IMG/VR virus record: IMGVR_UViG_3300031454_000012
Coordinates: 1-43,603 of that record
DNA: 43,603 nt
DNA from: a virus
Lineage: Duplodnaviria; Caudoviricetes
Reading direction: 5' to 3' (one strand)
This document shows positions 8,582 through 17,667 of this stretch, piece by piece. A program made the translations under genes and the position numbers. The notes below the pieces were generated by a model. It was not told where the DNA came from. It did no database searches and saw nothing but the letters and a program-made list of their open reading frames with translations. Numbering within the stretch: the stretch's first letter is position 1; each line of letters begins with the position of its first letter.

Positions 8582-9516
8582 TGCCGCAGCAAGACACGGT
8601 CGACCGCGCGTCGACACCAGTCATGGACGTGGCCACCCTCGAGCGGGTCCTGACAAAGGTCGTCGAGCGCGGCTGGACCACTGAGCGAGTCGCCCGCGAC
8701 CTGGCCATTCCCCGTATCGACGTCGTAGACGCCCTGGCCGAGGTCGGAAACCTCCACGACGCCAGGCACCTGAGGGAAGCCCTCGCGGACACACGGGCTG
8801 GTCGTGACCCGCGGGAAGCGGTGACACCCCGGTTCGGGACGGTCGCGACATCGCAGCTGCGTGCGCACCCGTCCAACGTCCGCGACGACCTGGGAGACCT
8901 GAGTGAGCTGGCAGCGTCGATGAGCGCCCAGGGCGTACTGCACCGGCTGCTGATCGCCGACCGCGGTCGGGGTGTGTTCGTGGTCCTGGACGGGCACCGC
9001 AGGCTGGCAGCGGCACGCCTGGTCGGTATCAGCGAGGTGCCGTACGAGCTCGGCGACGAACGGTCGCTCACGGCGAAGATGCTCGCTTCGGCGATGCACA
9101 AGAACCTGACCCCGCTCGAGCAGGGTCACGCGTTCGCCCGGTTCACCGCCAAGGGCATCCCGGTCGACCAGATCGCCGCGGCAACGGGCTACACGCCCCG
9201 CACCATCCGCGACCGCCTCTCCCTGCTCGACCTGCCAGCGGATGCGCAGCAGCTGGTCCGTGAGGGCACCCTGTCCACGAAAGACGCCACCGGATTGGCC
9301 CGCCAGGTCCGGACCACCCGCACCGGCACAGCCCGGCCCCGCGGCCCGAAGCGCCCCGCGCACTTCACCGGTTCCCACCCCCTCGCTGTCGACGTCCGAG
9401 CACTCTGCAAGCACCGGGACACCCGCGTCACCGTGGGCGGCACCGGCTGCGGCCAATGCTGGGAGCGCCTCATCGCAGCGACCGCCGTCGCCGACTACCG
9501 CGAAAGCCACCCATGA
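8581..9516 (+). CDS. ParB/RepB/Spo0J-family protein 2 (extra N-terminal HTH)
   Basis: GGAGG SD; HPSNVR, VLDGHRRLAAA, LTPLEQ, HTH QIAAATGYTPRTIRDRL. Confidence 0.85.
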   Translation: MPQQDTVDRASTPVMDVATLERVLTKVVERGWTTERVARDLAIPRIDVVDALAEVGNLHDARHLREALADTRAGRDPREAVTPRFGTVATSQLRAHPSNVRDDLGDLSELAASMSAQGVLHRLLIADRGRGVFVVLDGHRRLAAARLVGISEVPYELGDERSLTAKMLASAMHKNLTPLEQGHAFARFTAKGIPVDQIAAATGYTPRTIRDRLSLLDLPADAQQLVREGTLSTKDATGLARQVRTTRTGTARPRGPKRPAHFTGSHPLAVDVRALCKHRDTRVTVGGTGCGQCWERLIAATAVADYRESHP

Positions 9517-9607
9517 CGTGCCCAGGCGCTCGCGGCCGGTCCCCGCCTGCGAGCGCGTGACCGCGAGCCCGTGTCCCGGACCCACGATCGATACCCCCAG
9601 GTAGGTC

Positions 9608-10840
9608 ATGACGTATTTCATGCTTGACGACCAGCTCACAGCCAACCCGAAGGCCAAGGGGTTGGTGGAGCGTGCGATGACCGGTGATATCACTGGTGTT
9701 GCGGCGATGGGCTTGTGGTCTATGGCTGGGTCGTTCGCTCAGATGTCCCTGAGTGATGGTGTGATCACCCGTCCGGACACGATCCGTCTGCTCCTGAACC
9801 CTGTGATCGCTGACGAGCTAGCGCAGGTGCTGATCGGCGCGAACTTGTGGCACGGCCCTGGCCATGCGTGCGACCGGTGCCCGGCCGTGGGTACCGATGC
9901 CTACCTGTTTCACGACTGGTTCGACCTGGGCTACGACACGGGCGCGCAGACGAAGACGAAGCGGCGCAAGTCTAAGGAGCTCAAGGACCGACGCCTCGTC
10001 GATGCCGTGTGGGCTAGAGACTGCGTCGACCCGGCCGACCCGGGCACAGCGAAGTGCCGGTACTGCGGCAACGTCGTCAAGCGTCACGACCGGCGCGACC
10101 CGGTCGGCAGTCCCACGACCGAGCACGTCGACCCTGCTCGCGGCGATGGTGTGCGCAACATCGTGGTCGCTTGCCGGCCGTGCAACCAACGCAAGGGGCA
10201 ACGCACCCCAGCGCAGGCCGGAATGACCCTTCGGCCGCCACCACGTAGGTCCGTGGACGACCCGACCGTCGCAGCGACGGATACCGCGATCGTGCAGGCG
10301 CGACCTGCTGTTGAGCCGAAGGCTCCAGCAGGTACCGCAGCCGCCGATGAGCGACCCGCCGCCGGCGGTCGGGCCGGCCAGGAGGGACCCAGTGACCGAT
10401 CAAACGTAGATATCAACGGGTTATCAACTGATTATCAAGTTGATTCGCGTTTGAAATCTGCTGTGCTCGGGCGCGCGCGCGGGGGACGCGCGGGCCTGGA
10501 AGGGTTAGGGCAGGGTAGTGGTGTAGGTAGTGGGCTGGGTGACGGTTCGGGTTCCGGGCGGGGTCCCGCCCCGCCGTCTGCCTCTCGTAGGTCTCGTGGT
10601 CGTCGGGGTCGCCGGGTTACTGCTCCACCTACGCAAGTCTCACCGGACCAGGTAGCCAAGCCCCAGCGGGAGCAGCCTGCGGTGGTGTGGGATGCGGGGT
10701 CTGCTCCGGTGGTGGAGTCTGCTGGTCGGTTCGGGTCGCCGTGGCATGGGTGGCGTGGTCCGCCTCCGGAGGGTGTGGAGGAGAGCACGTGCCCTGAGCA
10801 CGGGCTGGCCGACCCGTGCCGGCGGTGTTTCCGTGCTTGA
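9608..10840 (+). CDS. Replication initiator-like protein with central HNH domain
   Basis: N-terminus MTYFMLDD..NPK..GLWSMAGS..FHDW typical of actinophage Rep-like proteins; CRYCG..EHVDP..N..ACRPCNQRKG HNH; internal AT-rich repeats. Confidence 0.75.
   Translation: MTYFMLDDQLTANPKAKGLVERAMTGDITGVAAMGLWSMAGSFAQMSLSDGVITRPDTIRLLLNPVIADELAQVLIGANLWHGPGHACDRCPAVGTDAYLFHDWFDLGYDTGAQTKTKRRKSKELKDRRLVDAVWARDCVDPADPGTAKCRYCGNVVKRHDRRDPVGSPTTEHVDPARGDGVRNIVVACRPCNQRKGQRTPAQAGMTLRPPPRRSVDDPTVAATDTAIVQARPAVEPKAPAGTAAADERPAAGGRAGQEGPSDRSNVDINGLSTDYQVDSRLKSAVLGRARGGRAGLEGLGQGSGVGSGLGDGSGSGRGPAPPSASRRSRGRRGRRVTAPPTQVSPDQVAKPQREQPAVVWDAGSAPVVESAGRFGSPWHGWRGPPPEGVEESTCPEHGLADPCRRCFRA
10399..10458. repeat. AT-rich ATCAA iteron-like array (candidate ori)
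   Basis: ATCAA at 10399, 10412, 10423, 10434 and inverted TTGAT at 10440. Confidence 0.65.
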
Positions 10841-11237
10841 GCGTCGTGAGTGGACGCTGTGGCTGCCCTACTTGGAGCCGCCCTTGTCAGCCAACCAACG
10901 CCACGGTCATTGGGCTGTCCGGCACCGCAGGACTGCTCAGATCGTGGGTGACGTGGGGTGGTTGGTGCGGGCTGCCCAGGTGCCGGCGTTGGGTGCGTGC
11001 TCGGTGCAGCTGCACTTCCGTCCGCCTCGGCCGCGGCGTTGGGACACCGACAACCTGGTCCCGACGCTCAAACCGGTGGTCGACGCGCTGGTCCGGTCGG
11101 GTGTGCTCCCCGAGGACACTCCTCGGTTTGTGCGTCGGCCGGAGCCGGTGATCCACTCCTGGGCGAAGCCGGGCTACCCGCTACGGGTGTTGTGGGTGGT
11201 CCTCACTGAGTGCGAGCAGCGGGGCGAGCCGCAGTGA
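10833..11237 (+). CDS. rusA: RusA-like Holliday junction resolvase
   Basis: PPLSANQR, RRWDTDNL..TLKPVVDAL..GVLPEDT. Confidence 0.8.
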   Translation: MLERREWTLWLPYLEPPLSANQRHGHWAVRHRRTAQIVGDVGWLVRAAQVPALGACSVQLHFRPPRPRRWDTDNLVPTLKPVVDALVRSGVLPEDTPRFVRRPEPVIHSWAKPGYPLRVLWVVLTECEQRGEPQ

Positions 11238-11830
11238 CCGCCGTGGTGGAGGACCTGACTCGGGTGGCGGTGGGCTTCGGGGTGACGTCGGCTGAGCTGC
11301 GTGGGTCCAAGGATGTGCGGGAGTCGGTGGCTGCTCAGGCGGGTGTGGCTCAGCCGTTGCAGGATCACTGGCGGGGTGTCGTCGAGCGCCTGGACCGTGT
11401 GCATGAGCGTGAGGCGGCGTCCCATCACGGGAAGGCTGGCCCTGCTCGGTGTGGTGGGTGTGATGCGCCGGTGCGGTGGGTGACGACGGAGGCGGGCAAG
11501 GCGATGTCGATCGACCCGTTGCCGCGGCCGCGGGGAAACATCATCTTGGTGCATCAGGGGCAGTCGCGGCTCGTGGCTCAGGTGGTGCAGCGTTATGCGT
11601 TGCCGGTGGTGGGTCGCCCGGCGTATCAGTCTCATTTCGCGTCGTGCCCGATGGGTGACCAGTTCCGTAAGCGTCGGCGGGCCAGGCCTGGTGGCGACCC
11701 AGGCGACGACGAGGTGGCTACCGGCGAGCGCCTGGTGCCGTGCCGGTTGTGCGGACTGCGGATGCACCCCTTGCTGCTGCAGCTGACCCCGACACCGACT
11801 GCCCACCCGACCTGCGAGGAGAAGCCCTGA
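11234..11830 (+). CDS. Hypothetical Zn-binding protein
   Basis: CGGCDAPVRW...SHFASCP; CRLC...HPTC. Confidence 0.7.
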   Translation: MTAVVEDLTRVAVGFGVTSAELRGSKDVRESVAAQAGVAQPLQDHWRGVVERLDRVHEREAASHHGKAGPARCGGCDAPVRWVTTEAGKAMSIDPLPRPRGNIILVHQGQSRLVAQVVQRYALPVVGRPAYQSHFASCPMGDQFRKRRRARPGGDPGDDEVATGERLVPCRLCGLRMHPLLLQLTPTPTAHPTCEEKP

Positions 11831-12045
11831 TGCCGACACCGAAGCCAGGAGACTACGTGCCGATCACCCACTGCTGCAGCGGTCTCGGCGGTTCGACGGT
11901 CACACACGAGCTACCGGTACTCGTCACCTCGGTGGACCCCTGGTCGGCTGGTCTACACCAAGTGCGAGGCGTTCGGTGTGACGGCTCGCTGATCGCGTGG
12001 CAGATCCAGATTCGAGATGGCCAGGCCGAAAGGGTGATGGGCTGA
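11830..12045 (+). CDS. Hypothetical protein
   Basis: TGATG coupling at both ends. Confidence 0.55.
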   Translation: MPTPKPGDYVPITHCCSGLGGSTVTHELPVLVTSVDPWSAGLHQVRGVRCDGSLIAWQIQIRDGQAERVMG

Positions 12046-13253
12046 TGTCGCGTCGTCGCCCGTCGAGATCGCAGCACAAGCACCTGGAGCAGACCGTCGA
12101 GGTGGCCGAGCAGGTGCACCGCGCTGAGGTGGTGCGCACGTCGAGGGGCCCGTGCCCGGGATCGTGCAACCGGGGTCACCGTCGGCGGGCTGAGGAGCAC
12201 GCCGACGCGGTGATGGTCCGGTGGGCTGAGGTGCTGCAGGAGACGAGGGCTGGCGTGATCGCTGAGCTGCAGGCCGGCGGGGCTGACCCGTCGCTGGCTG
12301 CGGTTGCCGGGGTGGTGGAGCGCCTGCGCGACGAGATCCTGACCAGTGCTGAGCGTCTGGCCGGTCAGGACGTGCACGTGCCTCCGGCCAAGCCGGGAGC
12401 GCCGGTGTGGTGTTACCGGTGTGCGGCGGAGATCAGTGACGCGGTGCACAATCTGCCGCGCTTGGTGGCGTGGGTAGTGGACATCGGGGTGTCACCTGTG
12501 CCGACCCGCAAGGCTGACGGATCTGGGGACCGTCGGGTGCCGGTCACTGACCCGGTGCGTGTGTTGGCCACGGTCCCTGGTGCACCGGGTGAGGCGGCTG
12601 AGGTGCTGGCGTGTGGCCACCGCAGGACGATCCCGTTCGGGCCGGTGGCTGACCCGTCGCCGAGCAGGGTGTGCCGGACGTGCACGGTGGGTGTCATCGT
12701 CCCGGAGCCTGGCCGGTTGTCACCGGCGCCGGCGCGGGCCCAGGGTTCGTCGTCCTCGGGCAGGCCTCCAGTGTCGCCGCTGGGGTCACCGGTGTGGGCT
12801 GAGGCGGACGCTGCGGTGGAGTGGTCGACCGCAGCGGCGGATACGGCCCGGCACGTGCTGGGCCATGCTCGCCCATCTCGGAGCGCGTCGGGTTCGTCGG
12901 CGTTCCGGTTCCGTGAGCTGGTGGCCGCGTGCCGTTACCTGGAGCAGTGGCTCGAGCAGCTGCTTGCCGAGCCGGGCGCGGTGCCGCTCGGCCAAGACGT
13001 ACTGGCCATCGCTGGCCGGCTGCGTCGGGTTTCGGGCATGGACGACCTGGTGCACAGGCTCGACGCGGAGTGCCCGGTGTGCAACCGGCGGGCGTTGGAG
13101 CGTCCAGACGGTGGTGACCGGATCCGGTGCCGGGGGTGCCGCAACACGTGGGATGAGCGGCACTACGACCTGCTCGTGCGCACCCAGCACTACGAAGCGA
13201 CGCACGCGGGGGCAGAAGCGTGGGCCGGGCTCAGCGGCAGCCGGGTCCAGTGA
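12045..13253 (+). CDS. Multi-Zn-finger protein, possible late-gene regulator
   Basis: CPGSC, WCYRC, CGH..CRTC, CPVC..CRGC; last large gene before the packaging module. Confidence 0.65.
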   Translation: MSRRRPSRSQHKHLEQTVEVAEQVHRAEVVRTSRGPCPGSCNRGHRRRAEEHADAVMVRWAEVLQETRAGVIAELQAGGADPSLAAVAGVVERLRDEILTSAERLAGQDVHVPPAKPGAPVWCYRCAAEISDAVHNLPRLVAWVVDIGVSPVPTRKADGSGDRRVPVTDPVRVLATVPGAPGEAAEVLACGHRRTIPFGPVADPSPSRVCRTCTVGVIVPEPGRLSPAPARAQGSSSSGRPPVSPLGSPVWAEADAAVEWSTAAADTARHVLGHARPSRSASGSSAFRFRELVAACRYLEQWLEQLLAEPGAVPLGQDVLAIAGRLRRVSGMDDLVHRLDAECPVCNRRALERPDGGDRIRCRGCRNTWDERHYDLLVRTQHYEATHAGAEAWAGLSGSRVQ

Positions 13254-13477
13254 ACCTCGACAAGTTGCACGACGCCGGCGACCGACTGTTGACGGTGGCT
13301 GAGGCCGCGCAGGCTGTTCACGTGTCGAGGGGGACGGTGCGCAAGTGGATCCTCCGTGGCCGGGTTGACTCGGTGCTGTGGTGTGGGAAGCGGCTGGTGG
13401 GTGAGCAGTCCCTGTTCGACGTCGAGCTTGCCACTCGGCATGCCGGCCGGCCTCGTGGTGAGCGTTCGCTGGGTTGA
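13250..13477 (+). CDS. Small MerR/excisionase-type HTH DNA-binding protein
   Basis: LLTVAEAAQAVHVSRGTVRKWILRGRV. Confidence 0.8.
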   Translation: MNLDKLHDAGDRLLTVAEAAQAVHVSRGTVRKWILRGRVDSVLWCGKRLVGEQSLFDVELATRHAGRPRGERSLG

Positions 13478-13673
13478 CGGCGTGGTGACTGCTCTGAGTC
13501 GAGGGACGGTGGCGCTGGGCAAGTGGGCTGCCGAGCGTTCGCAGCGCGACCCTGACCCAGCCACCCGGCCGTTGTGGGCGGTGATCGCTGGAGAGGTGGA
13601 CGCTCACCGGGATGACCTGGAGGACCGGACTCCTGGCCCTGATGATGTGCCCCTGTTCGACACGCCGTCGTGA
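13458..13673 (+). CDS. Hypothetical protein
   Basis: In-frame GTG overlapping the previous gene; helical composition. Confidence 0.5.
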   Translation: MSVRWVDGVVTALSRGTVALGKWAAERSQRDPDPATRPLWAVIAGEVDAHRDDLEDRTPGPDDVPLFDTPS

Positions 13674-13897
13674 CCCCCGCCTGGTGCTTTTGTGACTGCT
13701 CGGGTCTTGGTGTTGTACCATCGGTGTGTCGGGACGTACCTATGCCCTCCGCCTTTGGGCGTCGAGGGGCACCCCACTAAAAAATCTGGCCCGGTCGTGA
13801 ACCAAGACCCTTTCAACTCTGCTGCTCTCTCCCTCCGGTGGGTCAGGAAACGTTGGGGGACATACTCTGTGGTCTGGCTGAGTTAGGCGGGTCCTGA

Positions 13898-14176
13898 GTG
13901 GCCGTTCCTGCTCCGTATGGGTCCGATCATCAGCGTAGGCGCGAGCTGGTGGTCCAGCAGGCTTACGGGACGCCCTGCCCGCGCTGCGGTGAGTTGATGT
14001 TGAAGGGGCAGGCCCTGGACTTCGGGCACTCCACGGACCGGGCCTTTGACTCCTCGTCTCGGGCCGACCGGATCGAGCACGCGGACTACTCCAGCTGCCC
14101 GGCCGGCGGCAACCGTGCCGCCGGCGGAACCCTCGGTCGCTCCATCCAGGATCTCCGCCCGTCGAGGCAATGGTGA
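13898..14176 (+). CDS. Small HNH-like endonuclease, terminase-associated
   Basis: YGSDHQRRR, CPRCG, LDFGH, EH..C..NRAAG. Confidence 0.7.
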   Translation: MAVPAPYGSDHQRRRELVVQQAYGTPCPRCGELMLKGQALDFGHSTDRAFDSSSRADRIEHADYSSCPAGGNRAAGGTLGRSIQDLRPSRQW

Positions 14177-14190
14177 TCGTCGTCTCGTAG

Positions 14191-14742
14191 GTGGTGTGGT
14201 GCGTGGCGGATCCTCGGTGCAGTGAGTGCGGCGATCAGGTGGCCCCTCGCCGGCGTAAGTGTGACGACTGCAAGAACCCGGCCCGGCCCGGCCCTTCGGC
14301 TCGGCAGCTGCGGGAGCGTGAAGCACGCGACCTTCGTGCCGCGGGCAAGACGTTTGAGGAGATCGCCGAGCAGATCGGCTACGCAAACGCCAGCGGCGCG
14401 TTGAAGGCGTACCGCCGGTCGATGGCGGCCGCGGGCCACCGGGCGATGTCACTCGAAGAGCGCCGCGAGCTCGAGTTGCACCGCATCGACGTGGTGATTG
14501 ACGGGCTGTGGTCGGCGGCGTCCAAGGGAGACCTCGGCGCGGTGGACCGCATCGAGCGCCAGTCAAAGCTGCGAATCCGGATCGAGGGGATGGCGGTCGC
14601 GCCGAACGGTGCCGCTCGCCGCTTCGACGAGGACGACAAGGGTGACACCTCGGGCCAGGTGGTCCCGGAGAGCACGGTCGCCCGGATGCGTAGGGAGCGT
14701 GAGGATCGTGCGGCTGAGCGAGCTGCTGGACCCCACGGTTGA
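14191..14742 (+). CDS. terS: Terminase small subunit (Zn finger + HTH); start may be GTG 14203
   Basis: LRAAGKTFEEIAEQIGYA HTH; directly upstream of terL. Confidence 0.75.
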   Translation: MVWCVADPRCSECGDQVAPRRRKCDDCKNPARPGPSARQLREREARDLRAAGKTFEEIAEQIGYANASGALKAYRRSMAAAGHRAMSLEERRELELHRIDVVIDGLWSAASKGDLGAVDRIERQSKLRIRIEGMAVAPNGAARRFDEDDKGDTSGQVVPESTVARMRREREDRAAERAAGPHG

Positions 14743-16303
14743 GGTTGACTGGCGCTCGCTGCCCGTGGGGTGCCAAGAGCCAACACACTCTCTCGTCCCA
14801 CCGGCGCAGTTCACGCATGGCCACGACGCGATCGAGCTGGGCATCATCTGCGGGTACGACCCGTACGACTTCCAGCGACAGGGCCTGATCGAGAAGCTCG
14901 GCGCCAACATGGTGCAGCAGCCCGACGGGTCGTGGGTCGAGAAGTGGGCGGCGCAGGACACCGCTGACGTCCTGTCACGGCGCAACGGCAAGTCGGTCGA
15001 GGTCGAGTTGCTGATCCTCGCGGCCCTGTTCATCCTGGGCGAGCAGAAGATCATGTACACCGCGCACCGGGACGACACCGCCAAGCTGGTCTTCGACAAC
15101 GTGGTCGCTGCGATCAAGTCGGTCCCGGAGCTGTGGGCCGAGCTGGTCCCCGCCGGCCCCCGGCGAGCGAACGGGCAACGCGCTATCGAGTTGCGCTCCG
15201 GGGCAGTGTGCTACTTCCGCACGAGGACGATGGACACCGCGCGCGGGCAGGGTTACAACCGCTTGATCCTCGACGAGGACCAGGAGCTCACCGACGCCTA
15301 CATGGCGGCGCTGATGCCTCTGGTGTCAGGCGCGGTCAACGGGCAGATCAATTACGCGGGGTCTGCCGGAGGCCTGCGCTCGGAGGTGCAGGCGAAGACG
15401 TGGCGGTCGTTCCTCGCCAAGGAGCGGGGCTTGTGCTACCGGGGGTGGCACGCAGAACCTGAGGACGACTTCGACGACCTCGACCTCGTCGCCCGACTAA
15501 ACCCTCGCCTCGGCGATGGCCTGTCGTACGAGTGGATCGCCAAAGAGTTCAAGAAGATGACCCGGGGCGACTTCGGCGGGGAGCGCCTTGGCGTGGCCCG
15601 CTACCCGCGGGAGGAAGGCGCCGACTGGGTCATTCCCGAGACGGCGTGGACCCGCGCCGTCGACGAGGAGTCCACACCCGCGCCCGCCGCGAGGCTGCAC
15701 TTCGTGCTCGAGGCGACACCGGACCTGGAGCGCGCGTCGATCGGTGTCGCCGGCCGCCGCGAGGACGGCGCGATGCACGTCGAGGTCGTCGGCAACGAGC
15801 CAGGTGTCCACTGGCTGGTGGCTCGATCGAAGGACCTGCAGCAACGGCACGACGCAGATGTGTGGATCGACCCGAACGGGCCCCTCGGCTTCATGCTCGG
15901 TGACTTCCGTGAGTCAGGTCTCCGGGTCCGCACTCTCGACGCGCACGACCTGATGGCGTCGGCGTCGTGGCTCTACACCGCGGTGAACCCGCAACCTGAC
16001 CCGGCCGACCCTGGACGTGGCGCGCCGGCCCCGTCTGTGCGCCACCGTGGCGGCTTGAAGCTGACGCAGGCGCTCGCGGCCGCGGAGACCCGAAAGATCC
16101 TGTCCCGGTGGACCTGGCGTCGTGAGGTCCCTTCTGGCGTGGACCAGTCGCCGCTGACCGCGGTCACTGCGGCCGCGTGGGTGGTCGTGAAGACCGAGCG
16201 GGTGTCCCCGCCGCCACCACCGTCGAAGATGGCCCGGTCCGGCCGGACCAGGACGAACCCCCGCTACTCGACCGAGCCTGACATCGCGACTGCTGGATTC
16301 TGA
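14708..16303 (+). CDS. terL: Terminase large subunit
   Basis: Walker A RRNGKS, YTAH, FRTRT..ARG, Walker B LILDE; start uncertain. Confidence 0.92.
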   Translation: MRLSELLDPTVEVDWRSLPVGCQEPTHSLVPPAQFTHGHDAIELGIICGYDPYDFQRQGLIEKLGANMVQQPDGSWVEKWAAQDTADVLSRRNGKSVEVELLILAALFILGEQKIMYTAHRDDTAKLVFDNVVAAIKSVPELWAELVPAGPRRANGQRAIELRSGAVCYFRTRTMDTARGQGYNRLILDEDQELTDAYMAALMPLVSGAVNGQINYAGSAGGLRSEVQAKTWRSFLAKERGLCYRGWHAEPEDDFDDLDLVARLNPRLGDGLSYEWIAKEFKKMTRGDFGGERLGVARYPREEGADWVIPETAWTRAVDEESTPAPAARLHFVLEATPDLERASIGVAGRREDGAMHVEVVGNEPGVHWLVARSKDLQQRHDADVWIDPNGPLGFMLGDFRESGLRVRTLDAHDLMASASWLYTAVNPQPDPADPGRGAPAPSVRHRGGLKLTQALAAAETRKILSRWTWRREVPSGVDQSPLTAVTAAAWVVVKTERVSPPPPPSKMARSGRTRTNPRYSTEPDIATAGF

Positions 16304-16320
16304 CGACGAGGGGGCGACCG

Positions 16321-17667
16321 ATGGCCGATGACGCCCCGAACACGCCCGTGTCGAAGCGGGTGGCCGCGGCGCCGGCGCAGCGGGAGACGGGTTACGTCGC
16401 TCCGGGTCAGTCCGGCGCTTGGTGGTTCAACGACGACCAGGCGGAGGAGACTCCGGAGCTGCGCTGGCCGCTGTCGGTGAAGGTGTACGACCGGATGCGC
16501 CGGCAGGACTTCAAAGTCAAGTCAGTGATGCGCGCAGTGAAGTCGCCGCTGCTGTCCACGACGTGGCGTCTGGACCCCGGAGCGTCGGACCCCGAGGTTT
16601 ACGGCTTCGTGTCCCGTGAGCTCGGCCTGCCGGTCCGGGGTGTGGAGGACGAGAAGCAGGCCACGCACACGTCCCGCACCCGCGGAAGGTTCTCCTGGCA
16701 GGAGCACCTGCGCCTGGCGTTGCTGATGCTTGACTTCGGACATATGGCCTTCGAGCAGGTCTACCTGCTGGACGAGCAGACCGGAGTGCTGCACCTGCGC
16801 AAGCTCGGGCCGCGGTTTCCCTCGACGATCAGCAAGTTCGACGTGGCCCGCGACGGTGGCCTGAACGGGATCCGGCAGCACGCGCCCGGCCTGGTGGCCA
16901 CGCCCACGTTGGGGCCGTTCATGCCGGTGAACCGGATCGTTGTGTACGTGCACGAGCGGGAGGGCGCGGACTGGTGGGGCCAGTCGTTGCTCCGCGCGGC
17001 GTACATGCCGTGGATGATCAAGGCCCGGCTGCTGCGGGTGGACCTGCAGTCCATCGAGCGCAACGGCATGGGCATCCCGGTGCACGAGCTCGAGAAGCGC
17101 GATCCGGGCGCCCAGGTCGACACCGACGCCGAACAGGCCAGCATCGACGCAGGCCTGGAGATCGCCAAGGCAGTCCGCGCCGGTGACAACTCTGGTGCGT
17201 CGCTGTCCCCAGGGGCACGGTTGAAGCTCCTCGGCGTCGAGGGCAAGATCCCGGACGCGATCCGCTCCGCGCAGTACCACGACGACGCGATCGGCACCGC
17301 GGTCCTTGCGCACTTTCTGAACCTGGGCCGTCAGACCGGGTCCTGGGCGCTCGGCACCACCTTCCAGGACTTCTTCGTTTCGTCCCTGAACGGCATCGGC
17401 CGGGCCGTGGCCGACGTCGCGACCCAGCACATCGTCGAGGACCTCGTCGACCTGAACTTCGGCCCCGAGGTCCCCGCGCCCCGCGTGATCTACGACGACC
17501 TCGCCGGGCAGGACCAGGCGCTCGCCTACGCGATCAAGGCCCTCGTCGACGCCGGCGTGCTGTCCCCGGACCAGTCGCTCGAGGCGTACCTGCGCGCGGC
17601 ATACAAACTGCCCCAACACACCGGCGACAACACCACACCGGACCAGACGACAGGAGACACCGAGTGA
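16321..17667 (+). CDS. Portal protein (Mu gp29/DUF935-like)
   Basis: VYDRMRRQD, FGHMAFEQVY, GQSLLRAAY, ERNGMGIP, GSWALG; position after terL. Confidence 0.9.
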   Translation: MADDAPNTPVSKRVAAAPAQRETGYVAPGQSGAWWFNDDQAEETPELRWPLSVKVYDRMRRQDFKVKSVMRAVKSPLLSTTWRLDPGASDPEVYGFVSRELGLPVRGVEDEKQATHTSRTRGRFSWQEHLRLALLMLDFGHMAFEQVYLLDEQTGVLHLRKLGPRFPSTISKFDVARDGGLNGIRQHAPGLVATPTLGPFMPVNRIVVYVHEREGADWWGQSLLRAAYMPWMIKARLLRVDLQSIERNGMGIPVHELEKRDPGAQVDTDAEQASIDAGLEIAKAVRAGDNSGASLSPGARLKLLGVEGKIPDAIRSAQYHDDAIGTAVLAHFLNLGRQTGSWALGTTFQDFFVSSLNGIGRAVADVATQHIVEDLVDLNFGPEVPAPRVIYDDLAGQDQALAYAIKALVDAGVLSPDQSLEAYLRAAYKLPQHTGDNTTPDQTTGDTE

